A stretch of DNA of 64,000 nt from Octopus sinensis. Its lineage: Eukaryota. Of this stretch, positions 19,491 through 33,331 are shown in pieces (positions within the stretch are counted from its first letter, which is position 1; each line of letters starts with the position of its first letter). The notes under the pieces were generated by a model that worked only from the letters and a program-made list of their open reading frames with translations, ran no database searches and was not told the DNA's origin. The stretch covers positions 79,112,001 through 79,176,000 of the forward strand of contig NC_043000.1 of assembly GCF_006345805.1 (NCBI RefSeq). The letters are read 5' to 3'. A program made the translations under genes and the position numbers.

Positions 19491-22006
19491 TTGTTGTTGT
19501 TAACTCAGGTTTTGTTGGAACTCCTGGAGTCTTGCATACTTTGCTGGCTTGCTGCTTGAGCCTAGGTTACCATGCTATCTGTTTTATTCAAATATCCAAT
19601 ACTTTACCGATTATTCTGGCCGTGCCAAGGAGACAAACCTTTCGTAACAGTTCTTCTGGCCACTCTATTCCGATTTCTCCTAATATTCCTCTTGATGCCC
19701 TCTGATACTTTCCCTAAGGACCCAACAATGTCTTCACCTTCATTTGTTATACTCTGGCACCTGATCTGTTTGGATCTTACAGGTCTCCGACTTCGCCACT
19801 TTCAGTGGTTTCTGCTCATATCACGTCTTGTTTCTCTCTAGAGCCCACTTTTCGCAGTTTCCAATGAAGCATTTTTGCTACCTCATCGTGTCGCCACAAC
19901 TTGTAATGGTTTTGGGGAACTCTAAGACATTCCTTCACGATACGGGCAGTTATTTCATCCACTCTACTACATATGCGGCACAGTGAAGACACTTACTCAT
20001 TCCTCAGGTTGACCAACCAATTTGTGGCCAAAGCGTGGTCTTGCGCTGCCATAATAGTGCTCTCAGTCTCTCTTCAGTGTTCGTTTCTTCAACCAGTCCC
20101 ACCTATGTTTTCCAGCAACTTCTTTTGCAACTACATGGAATTGATTGTGTAGTTCTTTGTTGTGTAACGCTTCTTCATGTCCTTTTTGTATTTCTTACTT
20201 TGTTTTGCTCCATTTCTCTGTTTTCAGTACTCCATCATTCCTAACTGACACAATCAAGGTTTCCTTATTTTGGAATAGGTATCTCAGTAAGCTCCCGAGT
20301 TCGATACATACGCAGTCTTCCACACTTATCAGTCCCCTTCCACCATTTGCTCGGTTCATACATAGGTGATCACTGTCTGCCCGTGGATGATGGGCTCCTT
20401 GCATCGTAAGAAGCTTTCTTGCCTTCCTGTCCAACTCCTTTATCCCCTTCTCTATCCAGTTCAGAATTCCAGCGCCATACCGAACTGATGCGCCTAAGCG
20501 CGAGTTTATTACCGTAATTATGTTTCTGGCATTCGGCTTTGAAACCAATATTTTTCTCACTCACCTCGGGGACTTTTTCTTTGTCTTTTCTTTCATATCG
20601 CTGTGTTTAATTCCATCTGTCTCATATATTCCCAGATATATATATCCAGATTCAAATTCAACTGCCTTCATTACTTCACTACATGGCATACATATGCCTT
20701 CTGTCCTGACAAGCATTCCTCGTCTCATCACCACTGTCGCACATTTGGAGAATCCAAACTCCATAATCTCATTCGAAAATCTGCATAGACTGGACTAGGC
20801 TGTCCAGTTTTACCTCAATTTTTCTGAACAACCTCAAGTTATCCACGAATAGCAGGTAGTTCAGTTTTCCCTTGCCGCTTCCCAAATCATACCCCAACTT
20901 TGTCTTGTGCAGAATTTCACTCAAGGGGATCATTCCCAGCACAAAAATCTGGGGATACACTGTTCTCCTGAAAGATTCCTCTCTTGATTTCCTGCTGTCA
21001 ATTCAGTTCTCCAATATTTCATACTGTTCCATATAAGGCTTCTCATATTTTCTGTTAATCCATACATTTCCATGGTTCATGTCATCTTCCAAGAGTGTGG
21101 TATTATATCGTATGCTTTACGATAATCAGTCCATGCCATGTTCAGGTTTGTGTGACCTTGCTTGCAGTTTCTGATAATTAGATTATCAATTAACAGCTGA
21201 TCTTTCGTTCCCCCGCTCCTCTTTCTGCACCTTTTCTATTCGATAGGTAGTGCAGCCCACGTTTTTCTAAGTATCTACAAATTCACCGGCCAAAGTACCG
21301 GACTTCCACATTAGCAGAAGACACGTTATTGGTCGAAAGTTGAATACAATATTACCCTTTCAGGATCCTTGGCAGATCTGGGTACTGCGCCTTCCTGCAA
21401 GCACTCATCGAGATGTTGCGCTATCTTTTCATGGAGCCCTCTCAGCTTCTTCATCCAATAACTTTGACCCCATCTGGTCCTGGCCTCTTTCAATATGAGT
21501 TTTTCTTCAGCTGTTTTTTTTTTTTTTATCATTCCTCTAGTTATTTTTATGATACCTTGGCCTTCTATATTTCTTTACTTATCTTGAATTTCATGCAGCC
21601 ACTCCACTTCATCATTATGCATTACAAGTTGGTTCTGGATCCCTCCCCAGAATGCCCTGCTTTTGTCTGCATTTGATATCAATGTTACATGTGATTGCCC
21701 ATCTAGTTCCTGAATCATTTTTTTTTTTTCTGATTGCCTTCAAACAATCTGTTCTGTCTGAACTGGTTTGTTCAACTGTCATACCTTTCCAGTTTTGCCT
21801 TGATTGCTACTACTCTTTGTTTCAATTCTTCCAACGTCATATCATACCCTTTATCTCTTATTCCACATGTCCCTTTTAGTGTTATTCTTATGTTTTCGTT
21901 CTGCAATTCCCCTCTTTTCGGTTTATCAATTTGTCCTAAATATCTTTTTAACTTTGTTTTTCATAAGTTCTCACAAAACGCCAGTAAGGCTCTTTACGTT
22001 CTGTTT

Positions 22007-22093
<87 letters not shown>

Positions 22094-22600
22094 TTCTAAC
22101 TCTAGCTGCAGCAACCACAGTCGCAGCCTAAATAGTCTCGTTGATTTCAATTATATTTGCCGTCTGGATTAGTCCAAGGACAGAATCTATCCTTTCGGTT
22201 TCAGCTCCTAGTTTCCGCCGATCAAAAACTAGGAGTGGTGAGGTGATCCTGGTCTTCTCTAATATATCGGCACATCATCCTCGCTATGTCTTATTAATGA
22301 TCATCGCTTCTTGTGATATAGCTCTAACCATTACTTCTGCTTCATTTGCTGACTGCATTTACATTTACATCCTGCCCTACCTCTTCACTGCCACCATTCA
22401 TTTCTCTGTCCTCGTTAGGTACGTTAGCTGCTGGTGAAATGTTAACACTGTTTTCTATTTTCCTTTTTATTTCTTCCATTTCCATGTTTGTTAACATCAT
22501 CATCATCATCATCCTTATTATTATTACTTTTGTGGATCTAAACAGTCATACTGTCATAGTTTTATACAAATGTAGTTTTTATGGGGCGAGTGCACTGGCA
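19490..22600 (-). mobile_element. Decayed R4/Dong-like REL LINE
   Basis: LNYLLFVDNL, MEFGFSKCA, YIYLGI, RYGAGILNW..ELDRKARKLL..GGRGL. A (CT)n tract is inserted at about 22010-22090. Confidence 0.8.
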
Positions 22601-22790
22601 CCGGCATGCGATGCATATGAAACTCGACAGTTGAGCAAAGACGGGTTTACTGCTCTAAGAACATGACGCCTATGAAGGAGAAAGACCTTGAAGGTTTGGC
22701 ATGGAATGCCGAACATTACGTAGAAGGTGACAAAGGGATTGCAATAAGAGGTGAAATTCTCTGCTGGAAAATACCTGATACATATACATA

Positions 22791-23003
22791 CGAGGGGTGC
22801 GGAAAAGTTCCTGGTTTTGGGTAGAAAAAATACAAGTGGATAAGTTAGTCATGCTTTTATTCGGGATATTTCCCTCTCAGACTCACATGCTTATTGCAGC
22901 GGTCCTTCGGATTTTGTAAACCCTGTAAAAGAACTCGGAAGGTTTGGCCTCAAACAAGTCTTTCGCGATACCCTTAAAACCAGGAACTTTCAGCATCCCC
23001 TCA
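22791..23003. mobile_element. Mariner-type MITE (213 bp)
   Basis: TIRs of about 30 bp (YGAGGGG..GAAAGTTCCTGGTTTT) with TA TSDs at 22789-22790 and 23004-23005, inside (CATA)n. Confidence 0.8.
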
Positions 23004-23159
23004 TATGTGCATACATACATGCATACATACATACATACATACATAATGGAGAGAAGAGTGGTTCGGTGGGAGCGGGTGCCAAGTTGTATCGACCTTTGCT
23101 TTTCCGTATATAACATCGATGGCGTGAAGAGAGGAGGCTGGTATGCATGGTCGACTGTT

Positions 23160-23655
23160 GGTGAAAAAGAGCACACCTATGCTGAACTATTGAGAAATCT
23201 ACAGTTACTCTATCTAGATTACAAGTTCATGTTTATACCTGTAATTATTGGGGCCCTGGGATATGTAACACACTGCCTAAATACCAATCTTGAGAAATTA
23301 GGCTTCTCAAAACCAGAAAGCTAATTTGAAGAATACAGATCCAATCCATCACTGGAACTGTAAAAATCTGTAAAACTTTCCAGAAGTTTATCATTTAAAT
23401 ATATATGAGCATGTCTCGATATGCAACTATATGCATGAAAATACATACATAAAAATACATACATAAAACATGCAAATCTGCACATACATACATACATGCA
23501 TACATACATACATACATACATACATACATACATACATACATACAAAAATAACCTGTTGTTGATGTTGAATTTGCAATGAAGGAGCCTTGAAACTAGGTTA
23601 GAAACCAGTTCTTTTTCTATTGGCAAGAAATCTTGAAATAAATTGAATAATGACA
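23160..23655 (+). mobile_element. REL-LINE 3' end associated with (CATA)n
   Basis: FIPVIIGALGYV..NLEKLG..IQSITGTVKICK followed by a 3' UTR shared with the copies at 30140-31640 and 62600-64000. Confidence 0.75.
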
Positions 23656-24129
23656 TACATACATACATACATACATACATAAATACATACATACATACAT
23701 ACATACATACATACATACATACATACATACATACATACATACATACATACAAATACATACATACATACATACATACATACATACATACATACATACATAC
23801 ATACATACATACAAATCATCATTCTGGGCTCTCCTGTCACAGACGAAAGATAAAGATTCTGCCATTTCTTGCTGAACAGTTTACACAGATTTGTTGACAG
23901 AGATCAAATGTTTGTGTTGTTCCTTAGCTAACTCCATCAAATTGACATTGCCTGTACAGGTGCGCGGTATGAAGATACATTCCTCTTTCCTTTTGCACAA
24001 GTCTCTGAAACACGTAAACGATCATGGGTACTACCTTATATATGTATGTGTGTGAGAGAGAGTGAGAAAGAGAAGGAAGAGAGAGAGAGGGGGAGATAAA
24101 GAGAAAGAGAGATGAAGAGAGAGAGGGGA

Positions 24130-24360
24130 GAGGTGAATGGCCAACTGGTCAGGGTGTTGAACTTACTATCGCGAGATCGTAGATTCAATTCTTGGACCGA
24201 GTTGTGCGATGTGTTCTCTTGCAAAACATTTCATCTCATGTTGTTCTGCAATCACTTCGACACACTTGACGCGTGGTACACCGTGCATCTGCTCAGGCAG
24301 CGTTGATTTAATGGAATGAGTGAACGAATGTACACCACAAACATTTGATCATTATACCGT
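24130..24360 (+). mobile_element. Diverged tRNA-derived SINE
   Basis: A/B-box-like head TGGCCAACTGGTCAGGG...AGATTCAATTC. Confidence 0.55.
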
Positions 24361-24809
24361 TATAAACAAATGATTTGTACTGGTCGTTCAGTTAAAAATG
24401 AACTCTTATACGTCATCTTCGATAGGAGATTTCTTTACATAGATACATACATACATACATACATACATACACACACAAACACACACACACACACACACAC
24501 ATACACACACACACGCATATATTATTTATTAAAGCTGAAAAATGATCACGGTTCTCTTTGGACCAATGTGAAATTAGAGTGAAAGGTAAGGAATCAGTGG
24601 AATGCAATTGAAGAAGCAAAACAAGAGGAAAAAAATAGTACTTGAACACCAAAGGTAAAATAGTATACTATTTAATAAAGCCGGAAAACATCTATTCAAA
24701 CTGTTGCTCAAAGTTTCATGTAACCGTTCGTCCAACAGTTGTGATGTTACTGACAGAAAAATTGTATGGGTACATATAACATATCATAGGATCTTGTTCT
24801 GTCTGACTG

Positions 24810-25400
24810 CCAATTTTCAGTCTTTTCAATTTCTGTTCGAATTGATTTCATATCCGGTGTTATATGCTAATCAATGCCTTGAAATTCATTTTCGCCATAA
24901 ATCAATCAATAAAAAGTTAATAGCTTTTAAAGTTTGCAAATTTTGGATAATATCAGCCAATCGTAAGCCACAAACGCATACACGCCTGTTTCCATAGAAA
25001 CAAGCCAAGCACGAGAACTCTTTTGTCTGCGAGAAAGCACGCGTTGACAAATTAATTCTATTCATTGAGGTGGTGGTAAGATGTGCTAAAAATAACAGCT
25101 AAATAGGCCTTAAATCATACACCCTATTTTCTTGCGCAATCGTATGAATTCCAGCGTGTAGAATACAGATTTGCAAAAATTGTCTGAAAATTCCAAAAAA
25201 TAAAGAAGTTATGAATGATTATATGGGGTGCGTAAAGTAGAATTCCGCCAGTATTTCATTTGTTTACAGTTGATAGCACCTGTTGTCATGCACAAATCCC
25301 GTTTTCTGACAGGGTGAAAATTATCAAATTTTAAACCTCTATACCTTTTTCAAAAAAAGTCTTTTGGAAAAAGTGAAATATCTCTTGGAAAACTACATTA
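24810..25400 (+). repeat. About 600-bp interspersed repeat, second copy at about 41890-42500
   Basis: Long shared stretches such as GAGAAAGCACG..TTCATTGAGGTGGTGGTAAGATGTGCTAAAAATAACAGCTAAATAGGCC. Probably an internal part of a non-autonomous DNA transposon. Confidence 0.75.
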
Positions 25401-26029
25401 TTAATATTTAAAAGTTCTTAAAAGTCATTTTCTTTTATTTATAATAATAAATCAGCAGAAGCCAGAAGTGAGTGTATGATGGGAACAGTCTTTTTTTTTC
25501 CTGGATAATTTATTTTATTTTATGTTAACTTTGATAAATAATAAATTTCTAGTTCGGTAAATAGGTAAACTAAATTACTCAACTTAGAATTTTAAAATAT
25601 TTAAAATATTTTGAAATAAGTAAAAGTCAGTAAAAATTAGTAAAAATCAGTTAAAATCTAACTTTTTATTATTTTTATAATTATAATGCAATTAATATAT
25701 ATTGATTATGCTATTATTCTTAAAACTGAGTTTCTAAATTAAGATTAAAAATTTAGAATAATACCATCTAATATTATACTATAAATTTTTATTAAGAAAT
25801 TAAAATTTTTGAAATTAGAAGTTAATTAAATATTAGCTATTTATTTATTTATATACAAATGTAATATATGATTTGAAATAAGAATTGAAGGTATTAATTT
25901 TGATAATTTGGAATAAGAATTGTAGGTATTAATTTTGATAATTTTAATATTTTGTCCTATATGTATCTATTGTGGATAATGTCATTCAATGATGATTAAG
26001 TTGCTTGAGGGTGATTCTGTCTCTTAAAC

Positions 26030-26270
<241 letters not shown>

Positions 26271-26273
26271 TGA

Positions 26274-26610
26274 AGGCGCATGGCTCAGTGGTTAGAGCGT
26301 CGAGCTTACGATCGTCAGGTTGTGAGTTCGAATCCCGGACCGGGCTGCGTGTTGTGTTCTTGAGCAAGACACTTTATTTCACGTTGCTCCAGTGCACTCA
26401 GCTATAGAAATGAGTTGCGACGACACAGGTGCCAAGCTGCATCGGCTGTTGCCTTTCCCTTGGATAGCACTGGTGGCGTGGAGAGAGGAGGCCGGTATGT
26501 ATGGCCGACAGCTGATCTTCCATAAATAACCTTGCCCGGACTTGTGCCTGGGAGGGTAACTTTCTAGGTGCAATCCCATGGGCAGTCATGACCGAAGGGG
26601 GTCTCAGCAT
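26274..26610 (+). mobile_element. Full-length tRNA-derived SINE
   Basis: A box TGGCTCAGTGG at 26281-26291 and B box GAGTTCGAATCC at 26324-26335, followed by a non-tRNA body. Confidence 0.85.
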
Positions 26611-27469
26611 ATATGTATATAATACAGTAATTCATTTTAGCACCACTAAATTGAACTTCTCTCCCCTGTGGACTCGGAAATAACTTCCCTAATATTAATA
26701 TATATATATATATCACCCTGTAGCCATCTCATTGCCTCCCCAAATGCATTCCACTGCCCCCATACCTATCACTCCAGTTCCATTCCACTCCACATTGCTC
26801 CAAAGAGAGCTGTGGTCATTTCAAATTACCCAAGTATACTAACATTTACACCAGCAAATGAGGGGCTTTTATGCAGCTGGTTGATTTCCTAGAAATCGAT
26901 GTCAGTTCTCCTTCAGGTCACATTGGGTGTTGTTGCCTGCAATAGTTGCTAGTGGTACTGTTGTGGTTGGTGTTCGTGTTGCAGTTAGTCTTATTGAAGA
27001 TGTTGTTGGCAGTGCCTCTAGAGTGATGGTAGGCTGTTGTGGTGTTGTTGTTGGTGTTGTTACTTCTGTCATAGTTTGTATTGTTGTTGTTGACACCGTT
27101 GTAGTTGATGTTGTTTCTGTTTTCTAATTGATCTAATTGCTGTTGATGTTTTTTGCTATTGCTTATGTTTAGAACCAAATCTGCCCTGCACTAGCAAAAC
27201 TGGTATCATGATGGTGGCAAAACTTTGTTCATATACAATTAAATACACACCTTCTTTATATTTGTGGTTAGTCTTAGCTCATAATCTTTCTGTCTTAGTT
27301 CATAATCTCATATTAATCTTCTTCCTCTAGGTCTTCCACTGAAGATTCAAGAGAGACATCTGGAGTACCGTTAGGTGATTGGTTCTGGTCGATAGGATTT
27401 GAAAATTTTCACATAGGCCTACCAACCAATTTACTCTCTTTACGTACAGCAACAGCAACTATTATTGCC

Positions 27470-27865
27470 CATCATGACTGTCCGTCTGATAGGGGTACTC
27501 CAGACACATGCATCATAACAATATATGCGTGACATGGTGATCTCATATCAAGATAAACAGTGCATGATTTTACAGGTGGGGTCCAGTTAGAATTTTCTTC
27601 GGGTCGAGTAACTCATCCCACTCAAATGGTCATTGAATAAGGTTTGTTTAGGGATGATGAACGAAACACCCATGTTTCCAGAGGTGAATTATTCAATCTT
27701 CAAAGAATTCTTCTCAACACATGGCTATGATGCTCCCCCATTACTTCTTCTCATGATCAGAGATGCACATATCATCAGTCACCAAAGGACATTCTCAATT
27801 GGTTATGGTCAAACAACTGACAAGCAAATCTGTGGTATGGAGCAGAATATTTGCTGTAGTCCATC

Positions 27866-27924
<59 letters not shown>

Positions 27925-28470
27925 CATTATTATTATTATTGAATGAGAGAGCAGTGCATGCCATCAAAGTGACACTGGAGTAAAATATACGAAGCCCAGT
28001 ATACCCCTCATGACTACCCGTTTGATAAGGGTACACTGGGCAAATGCATCACAACCATATTGGCGCGACATGGTGATCTCATATCAAGATAAACAACACA
28101 TGACCTTGCAGGTGGGCTCAGTTCAAATTTTCTTCGGGTCGAGTAGCCCATCCCGCTCAAAAAGGTCTCTGAGTAAGGGTTGTTTAAGGATGTTGAACGA
28201 AACACCCATGTTTCCAAAGGTGAATTATTCAAACCCCAAAGAATCCCTCTCAACACATGGCTTACTTCTGCTCGTGATCAGAGATGCACATATCGTCAGC
28301 CACTAAGGGACATGCTCAACTGGTTAAGGTCAAACAACTGACAAGCAAGTCTGTGGTATTGAGCAGAATATTTGCTGTAGCCCATCTTTTATACCAAGAC
28401 AAAACGATCTACATGATAACACTTCCAATCAGTTAAGATCAGAAGCCACGGAGCCACAGCCTGGTACTGC
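27470..28470 (-). repeat. Two minus-strand copies of the 550-bp repeat (27470-27868 partial, 27941-28470 full) separated by (ATT)n
   Basis: Reverse complement of 15101-15633. Confidence 0.85.
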
Positions 28471-28479
28471 ATCAGGGCA

Positions 28480-28537
<58 letters not shown>

Positions 28538-28799
28538 TGGGATTGGTGGGCTGGCAGAATCGTAAGTACGCCGAACAAAATTTTTAGCAGCATTTCTTTC
28601 GACTTGACATTATGAGTTATCCTATGCTCGATAGATTAATTGCCAGTCAAGTACTGGAAGCAATGAAATCGATCGCCCCACCCCCACCCCACCGCCGCCT
28701 CAAACAGTTAAGCGAAATTCTGATGAAAAATTTCATACATCTAGTAGAGTTCGAGTAACATGTGCCCAGCGATGTCAGTCAAAGACTGAATTTTGGCTT

Positions 28800-29260
28800 T
28801 GCTGCCAAATTGTGCCTCTGCCACTCGGACCCACTGGATGGCCTTCGTCTACTTGTGCTTTAGCTTTAGCTCAGACAATGCATCCTTCATGCTCTACGCT
28901 GAAATATTGGCCAAAGATCAATCTCACCGCAAGCACATCGGTTGGGATGCCTTTCTTAAGGGCCTCTTTTAAGTTTCTATGTCAACCTCTAATGTATATT
29001 TTTCTCTTGCTATTTCTTTGCTAAACTTTATTGTTACTATTTTAACCGCCTTTTTTAGAGCGTACCACCATTTCTTGTTGACGAGTATGCCTCCTTAATT
29101 AATTCACTAATTCGGTTTCTATAAACCTTGTACGATAGGTCCCTGCCTACAAAAACTGTGTAGCTGATAATTTTAAATTATAGACAGCTTATGGTATCCC
29201 TATCTGTAGGTCCAGGGAGCATTCTATCTAGATACGATCTGGGTGACCCTTATTTCCATT
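28800..29260 (-). mobile_element. L1/Tx1 ORF2 fragment (end of APE domain)
   Basis: Minus-strand YRNRISELIK..WWYALKKAVK resembles the 16180-16270 part of the L1/Tx1 copy. Confidence 0.5.
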
Positions 29261-30139
29261 ATTTTTCCTTCCCCCATCATCACTATTAGCTCCAACCACC
29301 TTTCTATGTCTTCCATTATCTCTCTCTTCTTTCAAAATCCATTTTAATACCTCACATATCTGCTGTCTTTCTCAGTACCCTCTCATAACTGCCATCATAC
29401 TACACCCACTATAGCTACCTTTATATACACCTACATTTCCCTCTTCCCCACTCCTACGCCTTACACATCATCCCCCTACCTTCTGACATATCCTTCCTGA
29501 GTCACTTTTATCCCTCCCACTTTACATCACTCCTTACTGATATTTCCCATCAACTGCACCTCCAACCTTATTAATCACTCAGTATATTCAGCTTTTCTCC
29601 TATCACTATCTCTGTATTACTCTCCCCAGATACTTTTATGAAAGTAAACATCTTTTCCTCTCCTCTGACTCACAGTCTGCATCCTCTCTTATGTTCGCCT
29701 TCTTGTACATTGATATTTTGCTATGACGTTCATCACTATCAACTATATATCCTCCTAACTACTCCTCACTATATAATATGTGGTAGATTCGTATCTCCTC
29801 CATAGCAAGATGCCTAGGCTTGTCTCTCCATTATACTTTAGCCTTTCAACACATGGGATAAAGCCATCCCCGCTCTTACCACACACCACCTTAGTAACGG
29901 GATCTTTTTCCTGTTCTTCTTCTTCTGTGTTTGCGAGTTACATGACAACCTTACTAGTACTGGTGGCACGAGAAAAAAAATGCATCCAACAGACACATTT
30001 AAGTGGCTGGCGTTATCATGTAGTTCGGTGCACCTCTGCGACTTACCATTGATCGTTATATGAATATTCCTGAAGTATATGGAAATAACTACAAACTACA
30101 CACACACACTCACACGTATATATCTATGAGTATATGTAA

Positions 30140-31640
30140 GTATATATACCATCATTCAGTTTTATTTCGAGATTTCTTGCTAATAGAGAAAGAGCTGGTT
30201 TCTAACCTAGATTCAAGGCTACTTCATTGGAATTTCGACATCAACAAGGTATGTTTTCATGTGTGTGTGTGTGTGCTTCAGCTTTGTATTAACATCCGCT
30301 GGTCAGCTGATTTTCACTATTGTACATAAGTTTCTCTTCTCCATCCCAAATCACTATGTCAGGAGTATTATGTTTATATTTTATTGTGGTTTTCGCAGGG
30401 ACATTCCACCAATACTCCTCATTATGAATGGTTATGGCTTCTACCATACTGTTGGTTCTTATTTCTTTGGCCTCTGCGTTACCCTTCTGACGGATCTCAT
30501 TACACAATGTTTTAGCTACAATGTACCGCGAGGACATTTTCGGACAACTGTTTATGAAGCTGGTGATATCTTCGGTGTTAACTCCACAAAATCTGCATCG
30601 TTTATCTCATTTTGACGTTTTTCCTGCATCTCAGTCAATTTTGTGCATCAGGTATTTCGTTGCAATTTCCTGTTCCTGGATTGCAAACATATCCTTCAAA
30701 GTGGGAGGTAGTAATCCGGTTGTTGGTCCATGATACACTGCTATGATGATCAATGTTACTATCCATCCGGGAGCTTTCTGCAAACATATCCATGCATGGT
30801 CTTCTGATGATATACGCTAATTCTTTCGCCAATCTGATGAAAGGATATATGTTGCAGCAGAGTCATGCGACTTCTTTGAGCGTGTATTCAAGGTTATCAG
30901 AAAAGGAATCTTGCTCGAGGAGTTGCTTTTCAAGTTTCATGGTGTTATCTGCCTCGTGTATGCAAACTTCTTTAAGGGATACACTTTGACACTTTGTTGC
31001 CGAAAAAAGCAGTCTGGATTGACGTTAAGCCTTTGCCTCTTTGTTTTCCTTTTTAAGTACAGGAAATCTACTTCCCTGTTGATGTGAAAATTATGTATGC
31101 TGGTCAGTATCTTCCGGGTTTTCACATCAGTGGCTCGGATCTCATCAAGCGTCCAATCAAGTAACCCAAATTTTGGTATGTGTACTGGTAATGCAAACGC
31201 ATTGTGGGACACTGTTCTATTGAATGTGGAGAGTTTCTAGGTCTATATTTTCTTTATCCATCCATAATATTCTATAATGACACTGGCCTTGTCACAGGTA
31301 CCATCATAAGATATGTTTCCATCTACCCCTAGGTACCTGTAACATTCCTCATCAGATATAGGGGAAATAGTTAAGTCATTGATGGAGATGCAACTAGTCT
31401 GGTTGGCAGATTTCCCTTTTCAAAACTATATAGCAACATTTATCCCGATCGAACTCCAACCCTATATCCTTTGAGAATGTTGTAACTATGTCAAGGCTCT
31501 TTTGTCATCTTATGCATACACAGTTTCAAGTCATCCACAAAGAAACAGTATGAACAGCATCACATGGAGGTTGTCCTTTTGGAATACATTTCTGCGATAC
31601 TGTATTTTATTAGCTTTAATACAATCACTCTTTGTATTTT
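30140..31640 (-). mobile_element. Decayed REL-LINE 3' half
   Basis: HNAFALPVHIPKFGLLDWTLDEIRATDVKTRKIL, HNTPDIVIWD, and a 3' UTR shared with 23160-23655. Confidence 0.8.
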
Positions 31641-33331
31641 ACTTCAAGATGGTGACCTACAATGAAATTAAGTCAGCTATGGCTTCGACTATGCTCTCTG
31701 GAACTTTAGCAAATCGACGTGCTTCTAGCATCCATGGACGACGGAGTGAAAGGCCACTTTAAATGTAGGTTCCTAATTCCTCCTTACAAAACCTAGTTGC
31801 TGTCAATTCTTTTGCCCACAACAACGATACACTTTAGTTGCCATGACAACAGTTTGGACTTCTGCTGCGAGGGCATTGGCTTGGAATTCATTAGCTAAAA
31901 ATACGTAAATTTAAATGGTTCTGATTTTCCAAAATAATAACTGCGATATTCATCACCAACATGCAAAACTATATCGAAAGTGCTTCTTTCGAAAATTTTC
32001 AGATTAAGATTTGTGGTTAGAAGAAAACGAAAAAGATCCGTTGAGTTTTGTTAGGCTTTTTTATAACAGTTAAATAAATCATGATTCACTTCTTAACTCT
32101 AAGATAAATGTGTTTTGTAGTAATGGTTTCTTCCTTAACTACAGTATAAAGAATCTGTGATACTGTTTTCATTCTGTCCCTCAATTATGATGTTGATGTC
32201 GTATCCAGCTACAGCATGGTAAAGACAAGTTTCAGTCGAAAATCACTACGATCTTGAATTAAAGGGTCCCTCAGATAATTCATCTGAATATTAACCAGTT
32301 ATTTAACAGGGCTGATAGTTGTGGCTTCAAAGCCGGAGATAGTATTCATTCAAAAATCTTCACTGGTATTCAGCATAACAGAATTTTGTAAAGTAACTAT
32401 TATAATATTAATTTGTAAATAAATATTTTAAGCCAGGAGTTTGCGAATAGACACACGGGTTTCCACAGAGCTGATGTCACAAATAGCCTCATCAAAAATT
32501 TTTACTCCGAGAAAACTGAGAGATTATTGTTAAAAATACTCCAATGGTTTGTCACATAAATGCAATATTTTCATTATCAGAACTACTTGACCAAATAACA
32601 AAACATGAACAATATGATTACACAAACAACTTTTAAATTTGCTAACACACGTCCTTTATCTTTGAGTGACATTTCAGTTAACATCTTTCGTACGTTTTGA
32701 GACCCAACATCACACAAAAGTTAAAAGTAGAACTTTCACAGCTATTTGCTAAATTAACTCCTCTTTAATTCGACTATCTTTCGAGGACGCTTGGATGCCC
32801 AAAATAGTGGAGGGTAATCGGTAATACTTGAACATCGAAAACTTCTCGCACTCAAAATGACTCAAACAGAAAAATCGGCGATAGAAAAAAAAAACTCTGC
32901 ATTTGAATTATTCTATGGAAAAAAATTTGTGCACAGTATGTGGCAGTAATTGAGATGAGTGAGTCTCAATACTCATTCAGGATTTGAGAAAGTTTCGTTG
33001 TTCGGTGTACTTGAATGCATGGCATTCAATCATTGTATAAGATAGCTGTGCGTACGATGTCGTCAGTTTTTGTGGTGCTTCGGTCAGGGTCACCGGTTTT
33101 TGTTCGAAGGTTTAGGGTCTCCCTTGGTTTTACTAAGAGTGCTGTAAGCACAAACACAAATTACATACACATTCCCATCTCTACACATATACACGCTCTT
33201 GTTTATACAAGCCACTCACAAACGAAACAAACATCGATCACACACTATTTTAATTACTTAAATTGAATTGATAATAATAGTATTGATGTTGACAATGATG
33301 ATGAAGATTATTCGGTAACTTTTTGTATTAA

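Noticed and set aside
25400-26000. Very AT-rich stretch resembling a PLE UTR
   Set aside because: No hammerhead core, ORF or match to other copies was found by eye.
26274-26345. tRNA-like A/B boxes
   Set aside because: It continues into a SINE body and has no proper acceptor stem, so it is not a tRNA gene.
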